Below are positions 54,402-64,000 of a DNA stretch of 64,000 bases, one piece after another. The position numbers and the translations under genes were made by a program. Source of the DNA: a phage; sequence record PZ053912.1; one strand, written 5' to 3'. The notes beneath the pieces are model-generated. The model saw nothing but the letters and a program-made list of their open reading frames with translations. It searched no databases and was not told the origin of the DNA. Position 1 is the stretch's first letter, and every line of letters begins with the position of its first letter.

Positions 54402-55319
54402 TCAGAATTCATTAATTACACTTGTTAATTTAGAAAGACCAGATTTTACAAAGTATGAATAAATCTTGCCTTTAGGTTGTGGTTTATATGAGTTATAATA
54501 CTCTATAATGGTTGAAGCAATATTATCAGGGATATAATCAAAATCAATAAGAACCAAATTTTCTTGATACCGTTTATATTCTTCCGCACTTAATAATACT
54601 TCAGCTTGAGAACGGTCATTGGCAATTGCTTCAATAATCGTTGTTTTCATGCTCGGAGTTCGTTCACCATCAACTCTGGTAAACCAGAAGTCGCCACGAA
54701 CTCGAACAGATGCAACGCCGTCTTTACGGTCACCTTTAAGAATTTTAGTCATGCAATCAATTTCAGCAGAACCGTTCTTAATTTTAACCCATTTTTTCTG
54801 TGGTGGCGACCACTGTTTAACGTTAGGATATTTGTGTAATTGTGTAAAGTCACCATCTGATGCAACAATACATACCTTATGTCCAGCTAATGACAAATAT
54901 TTAGTTAATACACCGATATGGTCATCCGCTTCGTATTTGTCAATATCCATTACAACGTATGGCATGTATTTCTTAATCTCATCAACAACTTGATGGAGTG
55001 CAGTAAAATATCCTTCCCAATCCCACTTTGAAGCTTCACGATCGGTTTTACGATTTTTCTTATAATAGTAAGCAAAGTCACGTCGCCAATAACCTGAAGT
55101 AGCATTATCCATACACAATACAAATTTTGTATAACCTTGCTTACGGAACATCACTACGTTTTTACGAATTGAATTCAAGATTACATGGCGAACCATCGGA
55201 ACAGTAATTTTATCGCCGTCTTCAAAGTTGTTTAATGCGGCTGCCAATGCAATGTTACTAAAGTCGGCAAGTGCAATACCTTCTTTGTAATCTTCATCCA
55301 ACATCATTTCTAAATCCAT
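54402..55319 (-). CDS. rnh: RNase H (5'-3' exonuclease, FEN-like)
   Basis: 305 aa, same as T4 RNase H; acidic active-site clusters (DDHIGV, ASDGDF); early-promoter-like motif upstream. Confidence 0.9.
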   Translation of the reverse strand: MDLEMMLDEDYKEGIALADFSNIALAAALNNFEDGDKITVPMVRHVILNSIRKNVVMFRKQGYTKFVLCMDNATSGYWRRDFAYYYKKNRKTDREASKWDWEGYFTALHQVVDEIKKYMPYVVMDIDKYEADDHIGVLTKYLSLAGHKVCIVASDGDFTQLHKYPNVKQWSPPQKKWVKIKNGSAEIDCMTKILKGDRKDGVASVRVRGDFWFTRVDGERTPSMKTTIIEAIANDRSQAEVLLSAEEYKRYQENLVLIDFDYIPDNIASTIIEYYNSYKPQPKGKIYSYFVKSGLSKLTSVINEF

Positions 55320-55351
55320 ATGAACCTCTTGTTCAGTTAGTCAACTTGTCT

Positions 55352-55381
55352 ATAGTAACACACTCATTTGAAAGCGTAAAC
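55352..55381 (-). promoter_or_regulatory. early-type promoter (GTTTAC-N18-TGtTACTAT) upstream of rnh
   Basis: Motif on minus strand about 33 nt upstream of rnh ATG; back to back with the gene 34 late promoter. Confidence 0.5.
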
Positions 55382-55384
55382 TGG

Positions 55385-55392
55385 TATAAATA
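55385..55392 (+). promoter_or_regulatory. late promoter (TATAAATA) for gene 34
   Basis: Exact TATAAATA about 31 nt upstream of gene 34 ATG. Confidence 0.65.
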
Positions 55393-55422
55393 AGTATTAT
55401 TGAAACAATAAAGGAAAAACGA

Positions 55423-58400
55423 ATGGCCGACATCAAACGTAAGTTCAGAGCCGAAGACGGTCTGGACGCCGGTGGCGACAAGATTGTTAACGTAGCATTA
55501 GCCGACCGTACAGTAGGTACTGATGGCGTAAACGTTGACTTCCTGGTACAAGAAAACACCGTTCAAGTATATGATTCTACGCGTGGATATAACAAAGGAT
55601 TTGTTGTTCTTTATGACAACCGTTTATATCAAGCAATAAATGATATCGTGTCTCCTTCCGGGGCATTTAACCTTTTACAATGGCGTGCAGTTCGTACCGA
55701 TGCACAATGGATAACTGTAGCTTCTGGGACTTATCAACTTTCTTCAGGTGAATCGATTTCGGTTAACACTGGTGCCGGCAATGATATGGTTTTCACGTTG
55801 CCAAATGCGCCGGTTGATGGTGACACTATTGTTTTAGCTGATATCGGTGGAAGAACCGGGACAGTTAAAGTACAGATTAACGCGTCTGTGCAGAGTATTT
55901 TAAACTTTAGAGGTGAACAAGTTCGTACAGTTTTAATGACGCGCCCACGTTCACAACTATTGTTTGTGTTTAGTAATCGTTTGTGGCAGATGTATATCAT
56001 TGATTACGGTAAAGAATCAATCACTGTTACACCTGCTACACCACATCAAGCGCAAGCAAACGATTTTATTGTTCTTCGTTTTACTAGTGCAGCACCAATC
56101 AACATTACACTTCCACGTAATGCTAACAATGGTGATATAATCAGCCTAGTTGATTTAGATAAATTAAACCCACTGTATCATACGATTATTAAAACATTTG
56201 ATGATACAACGTCTATTGGCGAAGTCGGGACTCATATCGTCGAAGGTAGAACTTCTTCTGACGCGTTTTTTGTTTTTGATGCTGCAAATAGTTTATGGCG
56301 TATATGGGAAGGCGACCAGAAATCACGTCTTCGTATTATCCGTACAGATTCAAATATTCGCCCAAATGAAGAAGTTCTTATTTTTGGTACAAATAACGCT
56401 ACAGCAGAAACTATTAACCTTACGCTTCCTACAGGAATTTTGACCGGTGACACTGTTAAAATTTCAATGAACTACATGCGTAAAGGCCAAACAGTAAAAA
56501 TTAAAGCTGCCGAAGGTGATACAATTGCTTCTTCTGTCGCATTACTTCAGTTCCCTAAACGTTCTGAATATCCACCTGATACTCAATGGGTCTCTGTTAC
56601 TGAACTAGAATTCAATGGCACTACTTCATATGTTCCTGTATTAGAATTAGCGTATATCGAAGACACCGATTCTGACACTCATTATTGGGTTGTGCAACAG
56701 AATGTCCCTACGGTAGAACGTGTTGATGCTGGAACTGATGCTACACGAGCTCGTTTAGGTGTTATTGCTCTTGCTACTCAAGCGCAAGCAAATGTTGATT
56801 TAGAGAATACTCCAGCTAAAGAAGTGGCTATTACTCCTGAAACGTTGGCAAATCGTACAGCAACTGAAGCTCGACGCGGTATCGCTAAAATTGCTACAAC
56901 AGCACAAGTTAACCAGAATTCCACAGCATCATTTGTGGACGATACTATTGTTACGCCTAAAAAACTAAATGAGCGTACAGCAACTGAAACTCGTCGCGGT
57001 CTTGCTGAAATTGCTACTCAGACTGAAACCGATGCTGGTCTTGATGACGCAACGATTATTACGCCTAAGAAATTGCAGGCACGTCAGGGCTCTGAAACGC
57101 TGTCTGGTATAGTTAAATATGTATCGACTACTTCTGCTACTCCTGCTGAAACTCGTGGGGCTGCAGGCACTAACGTTTATAATAAAACCGTAAATAATTT
57201 AACTATTTCTCCTAAAGCCCTTGACCAATATAAAGCAACTTATGCTCAACAAGGCGCAGTAATTTTAGCTATTGATAGTGAAGTAATTGCTGGTCAATCA
57301 CAAGCAGGTTATTCTCACGCTGTAGTAACTCCTGAAACACTACATAAGAAAACTTCTACTGATGGACGTATTGGTTTAATTGAAATTGCTACGCAAGCAG
57401 AAACTAATGCTGGGACTGATTATACACGTGCAGTAACGCCTAAGACGTTAAATGATAGGAGAGCGACAGAAGGATTATCCGGCATAGCCGAAATTGCTAC
57501 GCAAGTTGAATTTGATACTGGAACTGATGATACTCGTATCTCAACTCCACTGAAAATTAAAACTCATTTTGATTCTTCCGACCGTACCAGTGTTAATTCT
57601 GATTCCGGACTTATTGAAGAAGGAACCTTGTGGAACCATTATACTCTTGATATTTCTAAAGCAAATGAAACACAACGTGGTACACTTCGCGTAGCGACCC
57701 AGGCAGAATCTAAAGCAGGAACTTTAGATGATGTTCTTATTACTCCTAAAAAGCTTTTAGGGACTAAGTCCACTGAAACGTCTGAAGGCGTAATTAAGGT
57801 TGCTACTCAGGCTGAAACTGTAACAGGAACTTCTGCTAATACTGCTGTATCTCCTAAGAATTTAAAATGGATTGTGCAGAGTGAACCAACATGGGCTGCT
57901 ACTACAGCAATTCGTGGATTTGTTAAAACTTCATCAGGTTCTATTACATTCGTTGGTAATGATACAGTCGGTTCTACACAGAACTTAGAGCTATACGAGA
58001 AAAATAGCTATGCAGTATCACCGTATGAATTAAACCGTGTATTAGCAAATTACTTGCCATTAAAAGCAAAAGCTGCTGACACGAATTTATTGGATGGCCT
58101 AGATTCATCTCAGTTCATTCGTAGGGACATTGCACAGACGGTTAATGGTTCACTAACCTTAACCCAACAAACGAATCTGAGTGCCCCTCTTGTATCATCT
58201 AGTACGGCTACGTTTGGTGGTTCGGTATCTGCTAATAGTACATTAACTATTTCTAATACAGGTGCTTCAACTCGCTTAATATTTGAAAAAGGTCCACAAA
58301 CTGGAAACAACCCTGCTCAGGCGATGAATATCCGTGTATGGGGTAACAAATTCGCCGGCGGTTCTGATACATCTCGTGCTACGATATTTGAAGTTGGTGA

Positions 58401-59298
58401 TGAAACATCTAACCACTTTTATTCACAACGGGATAACCTTGGTAATATTACTTTCAGCATCAACGGTACAGTTCGGCCGATTAATGTTAATGCATCCGGA
58501 ACATTGAATGCTAATGGTGCGGCAACATTTGGACGTTCGGTGACAGCACAGGGTGAATTTATAACCTATAGTGCAAATGCTTTCAGAGCAATAAATGGTG
58601 ATTATGGATTCTTTATTCGCAATGATGCTGCTAACACCTATTTTATGCTTACTGCATCAGGTGATCAGACTGGCGGATTTAATGGATTACGTCCTTTGGC
58701 TATTAATAATGCATCTGGACAAGTAACGATTGGTGAAAGCTTAATCATTGCCAAAGGTGCTACTATAAATTCAGGTGGTTTAACTGTTAACTCGAGAATT
58801 CGTTCTCAGGGTTCTAAAACTGCTGATTTATACACTCGTGCTCCTACTGCTGATACAGTCGGATTCTGGTCAATCGATATTAACGATTCAGCCACTTATA
58901 ACCAATTCCCGGGTTATTTTAAAATGGTTGAAAAAACTAATGAAGTGACTGGGCTTCCGTACTTAGAACGTGGCGAAGAAGTTAAATCTCCTGGTACATT
59001 GACTCAGTTTGGTAACACGCTTGATTCACTTTACCAAGATTGGATTACTTATCCAACAACTCCGGAAGCACGTACCACTCGCTGGACCCGTACATGGCAG
59101 AAAACTAAAAATTCTTGGTCAAGTTTTGTTCAGGTATTTGATGGTGGAAACCCTCCTCAACCTTCTGATATTGGCGCTTTACCTTCTGATAATGCAACAA
59201 TCGGAAACTTGACAATAAGGGATTTCTTAAGGATTGGTAATGTCCGCATTATTCCAGACCCTGTGAATAAATCTGTTAAATTTGAGTGGATTGAATAA
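55423..59298 (+). CDS. 34: long tail fibre proximal subunit gp34
   Basis: 1291 aa; N-terminus MADIKRKFRAEDGLDAGGDKIVNVALADRTVGTDGVNVDF and C-terminus ...NKSVKFEWIE closely match remembered T4 gp34. Confidence 0.95.
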   Translation: MADIKRKFRAEDGLDAGGDKIVNVALADRTVGTDGVNVDFLVQENTVQVYDSTRGYNKGFVVLYDNRLYQAINDIVSPSGAFNLLQWRAVRTDAQWITVASGTYQLSSGESISVNTGAGNDMVFTLPNAPVDGDTIVLADIGGRTGTVKVQINASVQSILNFRGEQVRTVLMTRPRSQLLFVFSNRLWQMYIIDYGKESITVTPATPHQAQANDFIVLRFTSAAPINITLPRNANNGDIISLVDLDKLNPLYHTIIKTFDDTTSIGEVGTHIVEGRTSSDAFFVFDAANSLWRIWEGDQKSRLRIIRTDSNIRPNEEVLIFGTNNATAETINLTLPTGILTGDTVKISMNYMRKGQTVKIKAAEGDTIASSVALLQFPKRSEYPPDTQWVSVTELEFNGTTSYVPVLELAYIEDTDSDTHYWVVQQNVPTVERVDAGTDATRARLGVIALATQAQANVDLENTPAKEVAITPETLANRTATEARRGIAKIATTAQVNQNSTASFVDDTIVTPKKLNERTATETRRGLAEIATQTETDAGLDDATIITPKKLQARQGSETLSGIVKYVSTTSATPAETRGAAGTNVYNKTVNNLTISPKALDQYKATYAQQGAVILAIDSEVIAGQSQAGYSHAVVTPETLHKKTSTDGRIGLIEIATQAETNAGTDYTRAVTPKTLNDRRATEGLSGIAEIATQVEFDTGTDDTRISTPLKIKTHFDSSDRTSVNSDSGLIEEGTLWNHYTLDISKANETQRGTLRVATQAESKAGTLDDVLITPKKLLGTKSTETSEGVIKVATQAETVTGTSANTAVSPKNLKWIVQSEPTWAATTAIRGFVKTSSGSITFVGNDTVGSTQNLELYEKNSYAVSPYELNRVLANYLPLKAKAADTNLLDGLDSSQFIRRDIAQTVNGSLTLTQQTNLSAPLVSSSTATFGGSVSANSTLTISNTGASTRLIFEKGPQTGNNPAQAMNIRVWGNKFAGGSDTSRATIFEVGDETSNHFYSQRDNLGNITFSINGTVRPINVNASGTLNANGAATFGRSVTAQGEFITYSANAFRAINGDYGFFIRNDAANTYFMLTASGDQTGGFNGLRPLAINNASGQVTIGESLIIAKGATINSGGLTVNSRIRSQGSKTADLYTRAPTADTVGFWSIDINDSATYNQFPGYFKMVEKTNEVTGLPYLERGEEVKSPGTLTQFGNTLDSLYQDWITYPTTPEARTTRWTRTWQKTKNSWSSFVQVFDGGNPPQPSDIGALPSDNATIGNLTIRDFLRIGNVRIIPDPVNKSVKFEWIE

Positions 59299-59306
59299 GA
59301 GGTATT

Positions 59307-60434
59307 ATGGAAAAATTTATGGCTAAGTTTAGACAAGGATACGTCCAAACGCCATTTTTATCGGAAAGCAATTCAGTACGATTTAAATTAAGCATAGCGG
59401 GATCTTGCCCGCTATCAACATCTCCTGCTTATATTAAGTTCCAGGATAATCCACTTGGGTCCCAGGTTTTTTCCGTTGGATTAAACGTTCGTGTAATAAA
59501 TCCTACAACAGGTGCAGTAGTTGAATCTAAGACATATAATTTCTCTACTGAAAACGACGCCACGTCAAGTGCATTTGTTACTTTCATGGACACATATGCT
59601 TCAAATTTTATATTTGCTCTTGTTACTAACGCTAAAACAAACTTTCCACCGGAAGTTCTTGCATGGTTTAATAAAGCCGGGAGTTCTGCTATTCCATTAG
59701 CTCAACAAGTTTTAAATATAGTGGACATTTCTTATTCGGCATTTTATATTTCTGGTAAGAATGCTATAGCACTAGAACATATTAAGTATAGTAATAAGAA
59801 AACTTCAACCGACTATAGTACACCACTTGATGTTGTGTATGACACGATCGACGATATTGGTGCTACCGGCTTCCCTAGTCGTACGTATGAATCGACAGAC
59901 ACATTTTTATCTGCCGTTGGAGGTACTAATAATGAAATTAAAAGGATGCCTACAACATCCCTTATTACACCTCTCGCTGGGTATAAATTGAAGCCTGGAG
60001 ATTTCCTTTATATGAAATTCCAACTAATGGCCGATGCCGATTTGTTAGCACAAGGGACGACACGACTTTCTATTCGGTTCTTTAAATCTCCTTCTACTTC
60101 ACCTATTTCATTTAAGGATATAAACTTTGATGGGGGTGCAGGTGAATGGAAGATATATGAAGACTACATAGAAATTCCTGCCGGTGCTGACGGGTTCACG
60201 ATTTATTGTTATCGTACAGCTCCAGTCGGGCAAGGTGGATTAAGAAACGTTATATTCACTGAAGTATCATGTAATGGAAGCGTTTCAAAACCTGCCGAGT
60301 TTGGTATAAATGGTATTCGTGTAAATTATGTTTCAGAATCTTTAAGTGCCCCAGACATAATGACATTACCTACTCAATCTTCAACTGATACTGGTAAGGT
60401 ATTTGGACAAGAATTTAAAGAAGCGTCAGAATAA
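59307..60434 (+). CDS. 35: long tail fibre hinge connector gp35
   Basis: 375 aa (T4 gp35 372 aa); synteny 34-35-36-37. Confidence 0.85.
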   Translation: MEKFMAKFRQGYVQTPFLSESNSVRFKLSIAGSCPLSTSPAYIKFQDNPLGSQVFSVGLNVRVINPTTGAVVESKTYNFSTENDATSSAFVTFMDTYASNFIFALVTNAKTNFPPEVLAWFNKAGSSAIPLAQQVLNIVDISYSAFYISGKNAIALEHIKYSNKKTSTDYSTPLDVVYDTIDDIGATGFPSRTYESTDTFLSAVGGTNNEIKRMPTTSLITPLAGYKLKPGDFLYMKFQLMADADLLAQGTTRLSIRFFKSPSTSPISFKDINFDGGAGEWKIYEDYIEIPAGADGFTIYCYRTAPVGQGGLRNVIFTEVSCNGSVSKPAEFGINGIRVNYVSESLSAPDIMTLPTQSSTDTGKVFGQEFKEASE

Positions 60435-60439
60435 ATTTA

Positions 60440-60464
60440 GGGAGACTTCGGTCTCCCATTTTTG
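60440..60464 (+). terminator. terminator hairpin after gene 35
   Basis: gggagacTTCGgtctccc followed by atttttg, then late promoter for gene 36. Confidence 0.7.
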
Positions 60465-60472
60465 TATAAATA
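60465..60472 (+). promoter_or_regulatory. late promoter (TATAAATA) for gene 36
   Basis: Exact TATAAATA directly after the gene 35 terminator hairpin. Confidence 0.65.
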
Positions 60473-60496
60473 TGGTATACATATAAGGAGACAACT

Positions 60497-61159
60497 ATGG
60501 CCGATTTAAAAGCTGGTAGTACAACTGGTGGTGCTGTTATATGGCACCAAGGTAATTTCCCTTTAATGCCAGCAGGTGATGACGTCCTGTATAAAACGTT
60601 TAAACTCTATTCAGAATATAATAAACCACAAGCGGCTGATAACGATTTCGTTTCTAAAGCTAATGGTGGTACTTACTCCGCGACTGTTCGATTTAATGGA
60701 GGCGTACATGTTCCTACTATAGGTAGTAGTCAACAGTGTGGTGTTTATCCAGGTAACGGTGATGCAGCTACTTTTGCTATGGCAAATATTGACATCGTTT
60801 CGTGGAATGGTATTGGTTTTAAGTCATCACAAGGTTCAGCAGACCGAACTGTTGTAATTAATGCACGTAATGGTGATATTAGTACAAAAGGCGTTGTGAC
60901 AGCAGTAGGTCAAATAAGAAGTAATGCAGTTGCTCCAGTTGCAGTGAATGACCTTACTCGTAAAGATTATGTTGATGGACGAATAAATATTGTTACGGAT
61001 AACGCAAATTCCCGTGTATTGCGTTCTGGCGATACCATGACTGGTACTTTAACAGCACCAAACTTTTTCTCACAGAATCCGGCGTCTGAGGCTAATCATG
61101 TTCCTCGTTTCGACCAGATTGTAATTAAAGATTCTGTTCAAGATTTCGGCTATTATTAA
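60497..61159 (+). CDS. 36: long tail fibre distal subunit, small (gp36)
   Basis: 220 aa; late promoter TATAAATA upstream; synteny. Confidence 0.85.
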   Translation: MADLKAGSTTGGAVIWHQGNFPLMPAGDDVLYKTFKLYSEYNKPQAADNDFVSKANGGTYSATVRFNGGVHVPTIGSSQQCGVYPGNGDAATFAMANIDIVSWNGIGFKSSQGSADRTVVINARNGDISTKGVVTAVGQIRSNAVAPVAVNDLTRKDYVDGRINIVTDNANSRVLRSGDTMTGTLTAPNFFSQNPASEANHVPRFDQIVIKDSVQDFGYY

Positions 61160-61167
61160 GAGGACTT

Positions 61168-64000
61168 ATGGCTACATTAAAACAGATACAATTTAAAAGA
61201 AGCAAAGTAGCAGGAGTTAATCCTACTGCAGCACAATTAGCCGAAGGCGAATTAGCGATAAACTTAAAAGATCGAACTCTTTTTACTAAAGATGACCTCG
61301 GTAATATTATTAGCCTAGGCTTTGCTAAGGGTGGGGATATTAACGGTAATGTAACTCAAAATGGTGATTATTTACAAAACGGCACGTATAATCTTAATGG
61401 AAACCAGTTTGTTTATGCCGGTAAATATATTGAATTTTTACCTAAGACCGTCGGTAACGGTGCCTGGGCTAACCAACATAAAAATAAAGCTCCTATCTTT
61501 ACAGATTTGAGTTCAACTACTTCTACTTCAGAATACCATCCGCTAATTAAGCAGCGTTATAAAAATGGGACTTTTTCTGTTGGCACGTTAGTAAACAAAG
61601 GAAGTTTTAAAATTCATTATATCGATGAAACAGGTGTGTCCAAATATTGGACCTTTAATCGTAATGGTAATTTTCAAGTTGATACCGGTGATATTGCTGC
61701 AGGTGCTGGTAATATCTGGGCTTTAGGTAACTTGGAATCTCGTAATGGATTTATTTCAGGTCCTCGTGTTATCACCAAAAATATCAACGTAAGCACCAAA
61801 ACATTTATCCCAAATAACGACGCAGGTTATGATATTGTTTCTTTACCGACTTGGATTTATAATCCACCAGCAGATGGTTCCGACCGTGATACAAACGGAT
61901 TGAACTACATGCGGAAAATGCGAGCTTCAAATACTTCTAGCATTTTCCATGAAATAGTTGACTGTCGTTCGGGAAAGCCACAGGAAATTTCTTGGTGGAC
62001 CGGCGTAGGACCTTCGTCTTTCCAGTGGGCCTTTGATACCTCTGGTCGTATTACTGCAGGTAAATCTATTTCAGTAGGTCTTCCTGATAGCGGTACAAAT
62101 GGTCGTTATCCACTTGAATCTGCAATTTCTATTGGTATTGCAATTGGTGATAATGACACTGGTATTAAATGGGTTCGTGATGGCGTTTATGACCTGATGG
62201 CTAATGGTATTTCAACTGCTACCATTTTGAATAACGGTATTAACAGCACTAAGAAATTGACAGTTGGTTATAGTCGAGATTCCGGTTCTACTTGGGATTT
62301 CCCAAATAACAACCAAGCAATGTTTACTGCGCGCACCGATATTGATGGTAATAATAACGGCGATGGTCAGACTCATATCGGTTATAGCAGCAATTCTAAA
62401 ATGTATCACTATTTCCGTGGTACAGGTCGTATGGCTGTTGGTATGTCCCAAGGTCTCCTTGTTGAACCAGGAATTTTAGATATTAACACTGGTTCTAACA
62501 GAGTTGCTATTAGAGCAGATGGTACATTTGATTCAACCCAGCGTATTTCTATGCGTACAGGTTTATTTTTTGGCGGCGATGATAACACTAATGCCTTATC
62601 ATTTAAAGCGCCTACAGGTGTTGACGGGACAAAAACCATTAACTGGGATGCAGGTACTCGTAATGGACAGAATAAAAATACTGTAACCATTAAAGCGTGG
62701 GGTAACTCATTTAACTCAACTCCAGGTAATAGAGAAACTGTATTCGAAGTTTCAGATTCACAAGGTTATTATTTTTACGCTCAACGTACCAACCCGGCTT
62801 CTGGTGAAACAGTAGGTCCGGTTAACTTTAAATTTAACGGAACTGTCGAAACAGGCCATATCATAGGCCTTGGTAATATAAGTGCCTCCGGTACAGGTTC
62901 TTTTGGTGGTAATGTTACCATGTCTAATGGTTTGTTTGTCCAAGGCGGTTCTTCTATTACAGGCCAAGTAAAAATTGGTGGAACAGCAGATGCATTGAGA
63001 ATTTGGAACGCCGAATATGGCGCTATTTTCCGCCGTTCTGAAGATAAGCTTTATATTATTCCAACCCCGCAGAATGCTGGTGAATCAGGTGGTATTTCTA
63101 ATTTACGTCCGTTCTATATTACATTAAGTAATGGTAAAGTTTCCATGGATCATGATGTAGATATCGGTGGCGGTAGATTTAAAGTAGAAGTGGCTGGAAC
63201 AACATCAGGGCAACGTATTACAGTTAATATGGCATCAGATGCTATTAGAATAAATGCTCCAACGCAAGAGTCTTCTAACTTCATCCAAGGACGTAAAGCA
63301 GATGTTCCGAAATGGTATTTAGGTATTGGCGATGGCGGCAACGTCGTTCGTATGCACAGTTACACCTACTCCCACGGTATTGCATTAAACTCTGATACGG
63401 TTGATATAGCTAAACCTCTTAGAATAGGTTCAGCTCAATTAGGCACTGATGGTAATATCACCGGTGGTTCTGGCAACTTTGCTAATTTGAATACCACAAT
63501 AAATAACCTTAAGACGGATATTGTCTCAAGTTACCCAATTGGCGCTCCGATTCCTTGGCCTACTGATACACCTCCTGAAGGTTATGCCATAATGGAAGGT
63601 CAAACATTTGATGCTGACTTGTATCCTAAGTTAGCTGCTGTGTATCCTTCCGGCGCTCTGCCTGATATGCGTGGTCAAACTATCAAGGGTAAACCATCTG
63701 GGCGCGCTGTATTAAGTACAGAAGCAGACGGTGTTAAGTCACATAGCCATAGTGCAAGTGCATCAAGCACAGATTTGGGTACTAAGACCACTTCTAGTTT
63801 TGATTACGGTAGCAAAACGACTTCAAGCTTTGATTATGGTACTAAGACCAGTAATACCACTGGTAACCATAACCATACAGTGAGTGGTAATACTAGTTCC
63901 GCAGGAGCTCACCAACACGCGCGTTCAGGTCCTCAGGTACAAGGCGGCATACCCACTAGCGTATTCTATGATGGATACAATAGTGCGGGTCCAAACGGCA
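61168..64000 (+). CDS. 37: long tail fibre distal subunit, large (gp37), 3' end outside window
   Basis: Open frame from ATG 61168 to window edge; N-terminus [13 protein letters not shown] and distal His-rich receptor-binding region (SHSHSAS...GNHNHT) as T4 gp37. Confidence 0.95.
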   Translation, partial: MATLKQIQFKRSKVAGVNPTAAQLAEGELAINLKDRTLFTKDDLGNIISLGFAKGGDINGNVTQNGDYLQNGTYNLNGNQFVYAGKYIEFLPKTVGNGAWANQHKNKAPIFTDLSSTTSTSEYHPLIKQRYKNGTFSVGTLVNKGSFKIHYIDETGVSKYWTFNRNGNFQVDTGDIAAGAGNIWALGNLESRNGFISGPRVITKNINVSTKTFIPNNDAGYDIVSLPTWIYNPPADGSDRDTNGLNYMRKMRASNTSSIFHEIVDCRSGKPQEISWWTGVGPSSFQWAFDTSGRITAGKSISVGLPDSGTNGRYPLESAISIGIAIGDNDTGIKWVRDGVYDLMANGISTATILNNGINSTKKLTVGYSRDSGSTWDFPNNNQAMFTARTDIDGNNNGDGQTHIGYSSNSKMYHYFRGTGRMAVGMSQGLLVEPGILDINTGSNRVAIRADGTFDSTQRISMRTGLFFGGDDNTNALSFKAPTGVDGTKTINWDAGTRNGQNKNTVTIKAWGNSFNSTPGNRETVFEVSDSQGYYFYAQRTNPASGETVGPVNFKFNGTVETGHIIGLGNISASGTGSFGGNVTMSNGLFVQGGSSITGQVKIGGTADALRIWNAEYGAIFRRSEDKLYIIPTPQNAGESGGISNLRPFYITLSNGKVSMDHDVDIGGGRFKVEVAGTTSGQRITVNMASDAIRINAPTQESSNFIQGRKADVPKWYLGIGDGGNVVRMHSYTYSHGIALNSDTVDIAKPLRIGSAQLGTDGNITGGSGNFANLNTTINNLKTDIVSSYPIGAPIPWPTDTPPEGYAIMEGQTFDADLYPKLAAVYPSGALPDMRGQTIKGKPSGRAVLSTEADGVKSHSHSASASSTDLGTKTTSSFDYGSKTTSSFDYGTKTSNTTGNHNHTVSGNTSSAGAHQHARSGPQVQGGIPTSVFYDGYNSAGPNG
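63781..63840 (+). repeat. 30-nt tandem duplication in gp37 tip region ([20 protein letters not shown])
   Basis: Two adjacent 30-nt units encoding near-identical decapeptides. Confidence 0.8.

Overview
This window is a T4-like (T-even type) myovirus genome segment, read by eye without any database search; gene names follow T4 synteny and remembered T4 protein sequences. The plus strand carries the late morphogenesis block (end of gene 13, then 14-15-16-17-18-19-20-67-68-21-22-23-24), uvsW/uvsW.1, the baseplate hub cluster (51-27-28-29-48-54) and the long tail fibre genes 34-35-36-37 (37 runs off the window). The minus strand carries rnlB, hoc, inh, uvsY, 25, 26, then a long early/middle block: alt, DNA ligase (30), a run of small accessory ORFs, rIII, 31, cd, pseT, a spanin pair, alc, rnlA, denA, nrdB, nrdA, td, frd, 32, 59, 33, dsbA and rnh. 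The most notable departures from the T4 layout are: nrdA split into two ORFs by a free-standing HNH endonuclease gene; a full-length AroG-type DAHP synthase gene fused into the cd operon; a NADAR/YbiA-like plus HAD-like gene pair near alt and ligase; a Seg-like GIY-YIG endonuclease between genes 13 and 14; and an antisense early gene with its own promoter between genes 23 and 24. Recurrent regulatory elements are visible: TATAAATA late promoters, a GTTTAC-N16-18-TA(C/T)TAT early-promoter motif, and UUCG-tetraloop hairpins. No tRNA genes or CRISPR arrays were seen.
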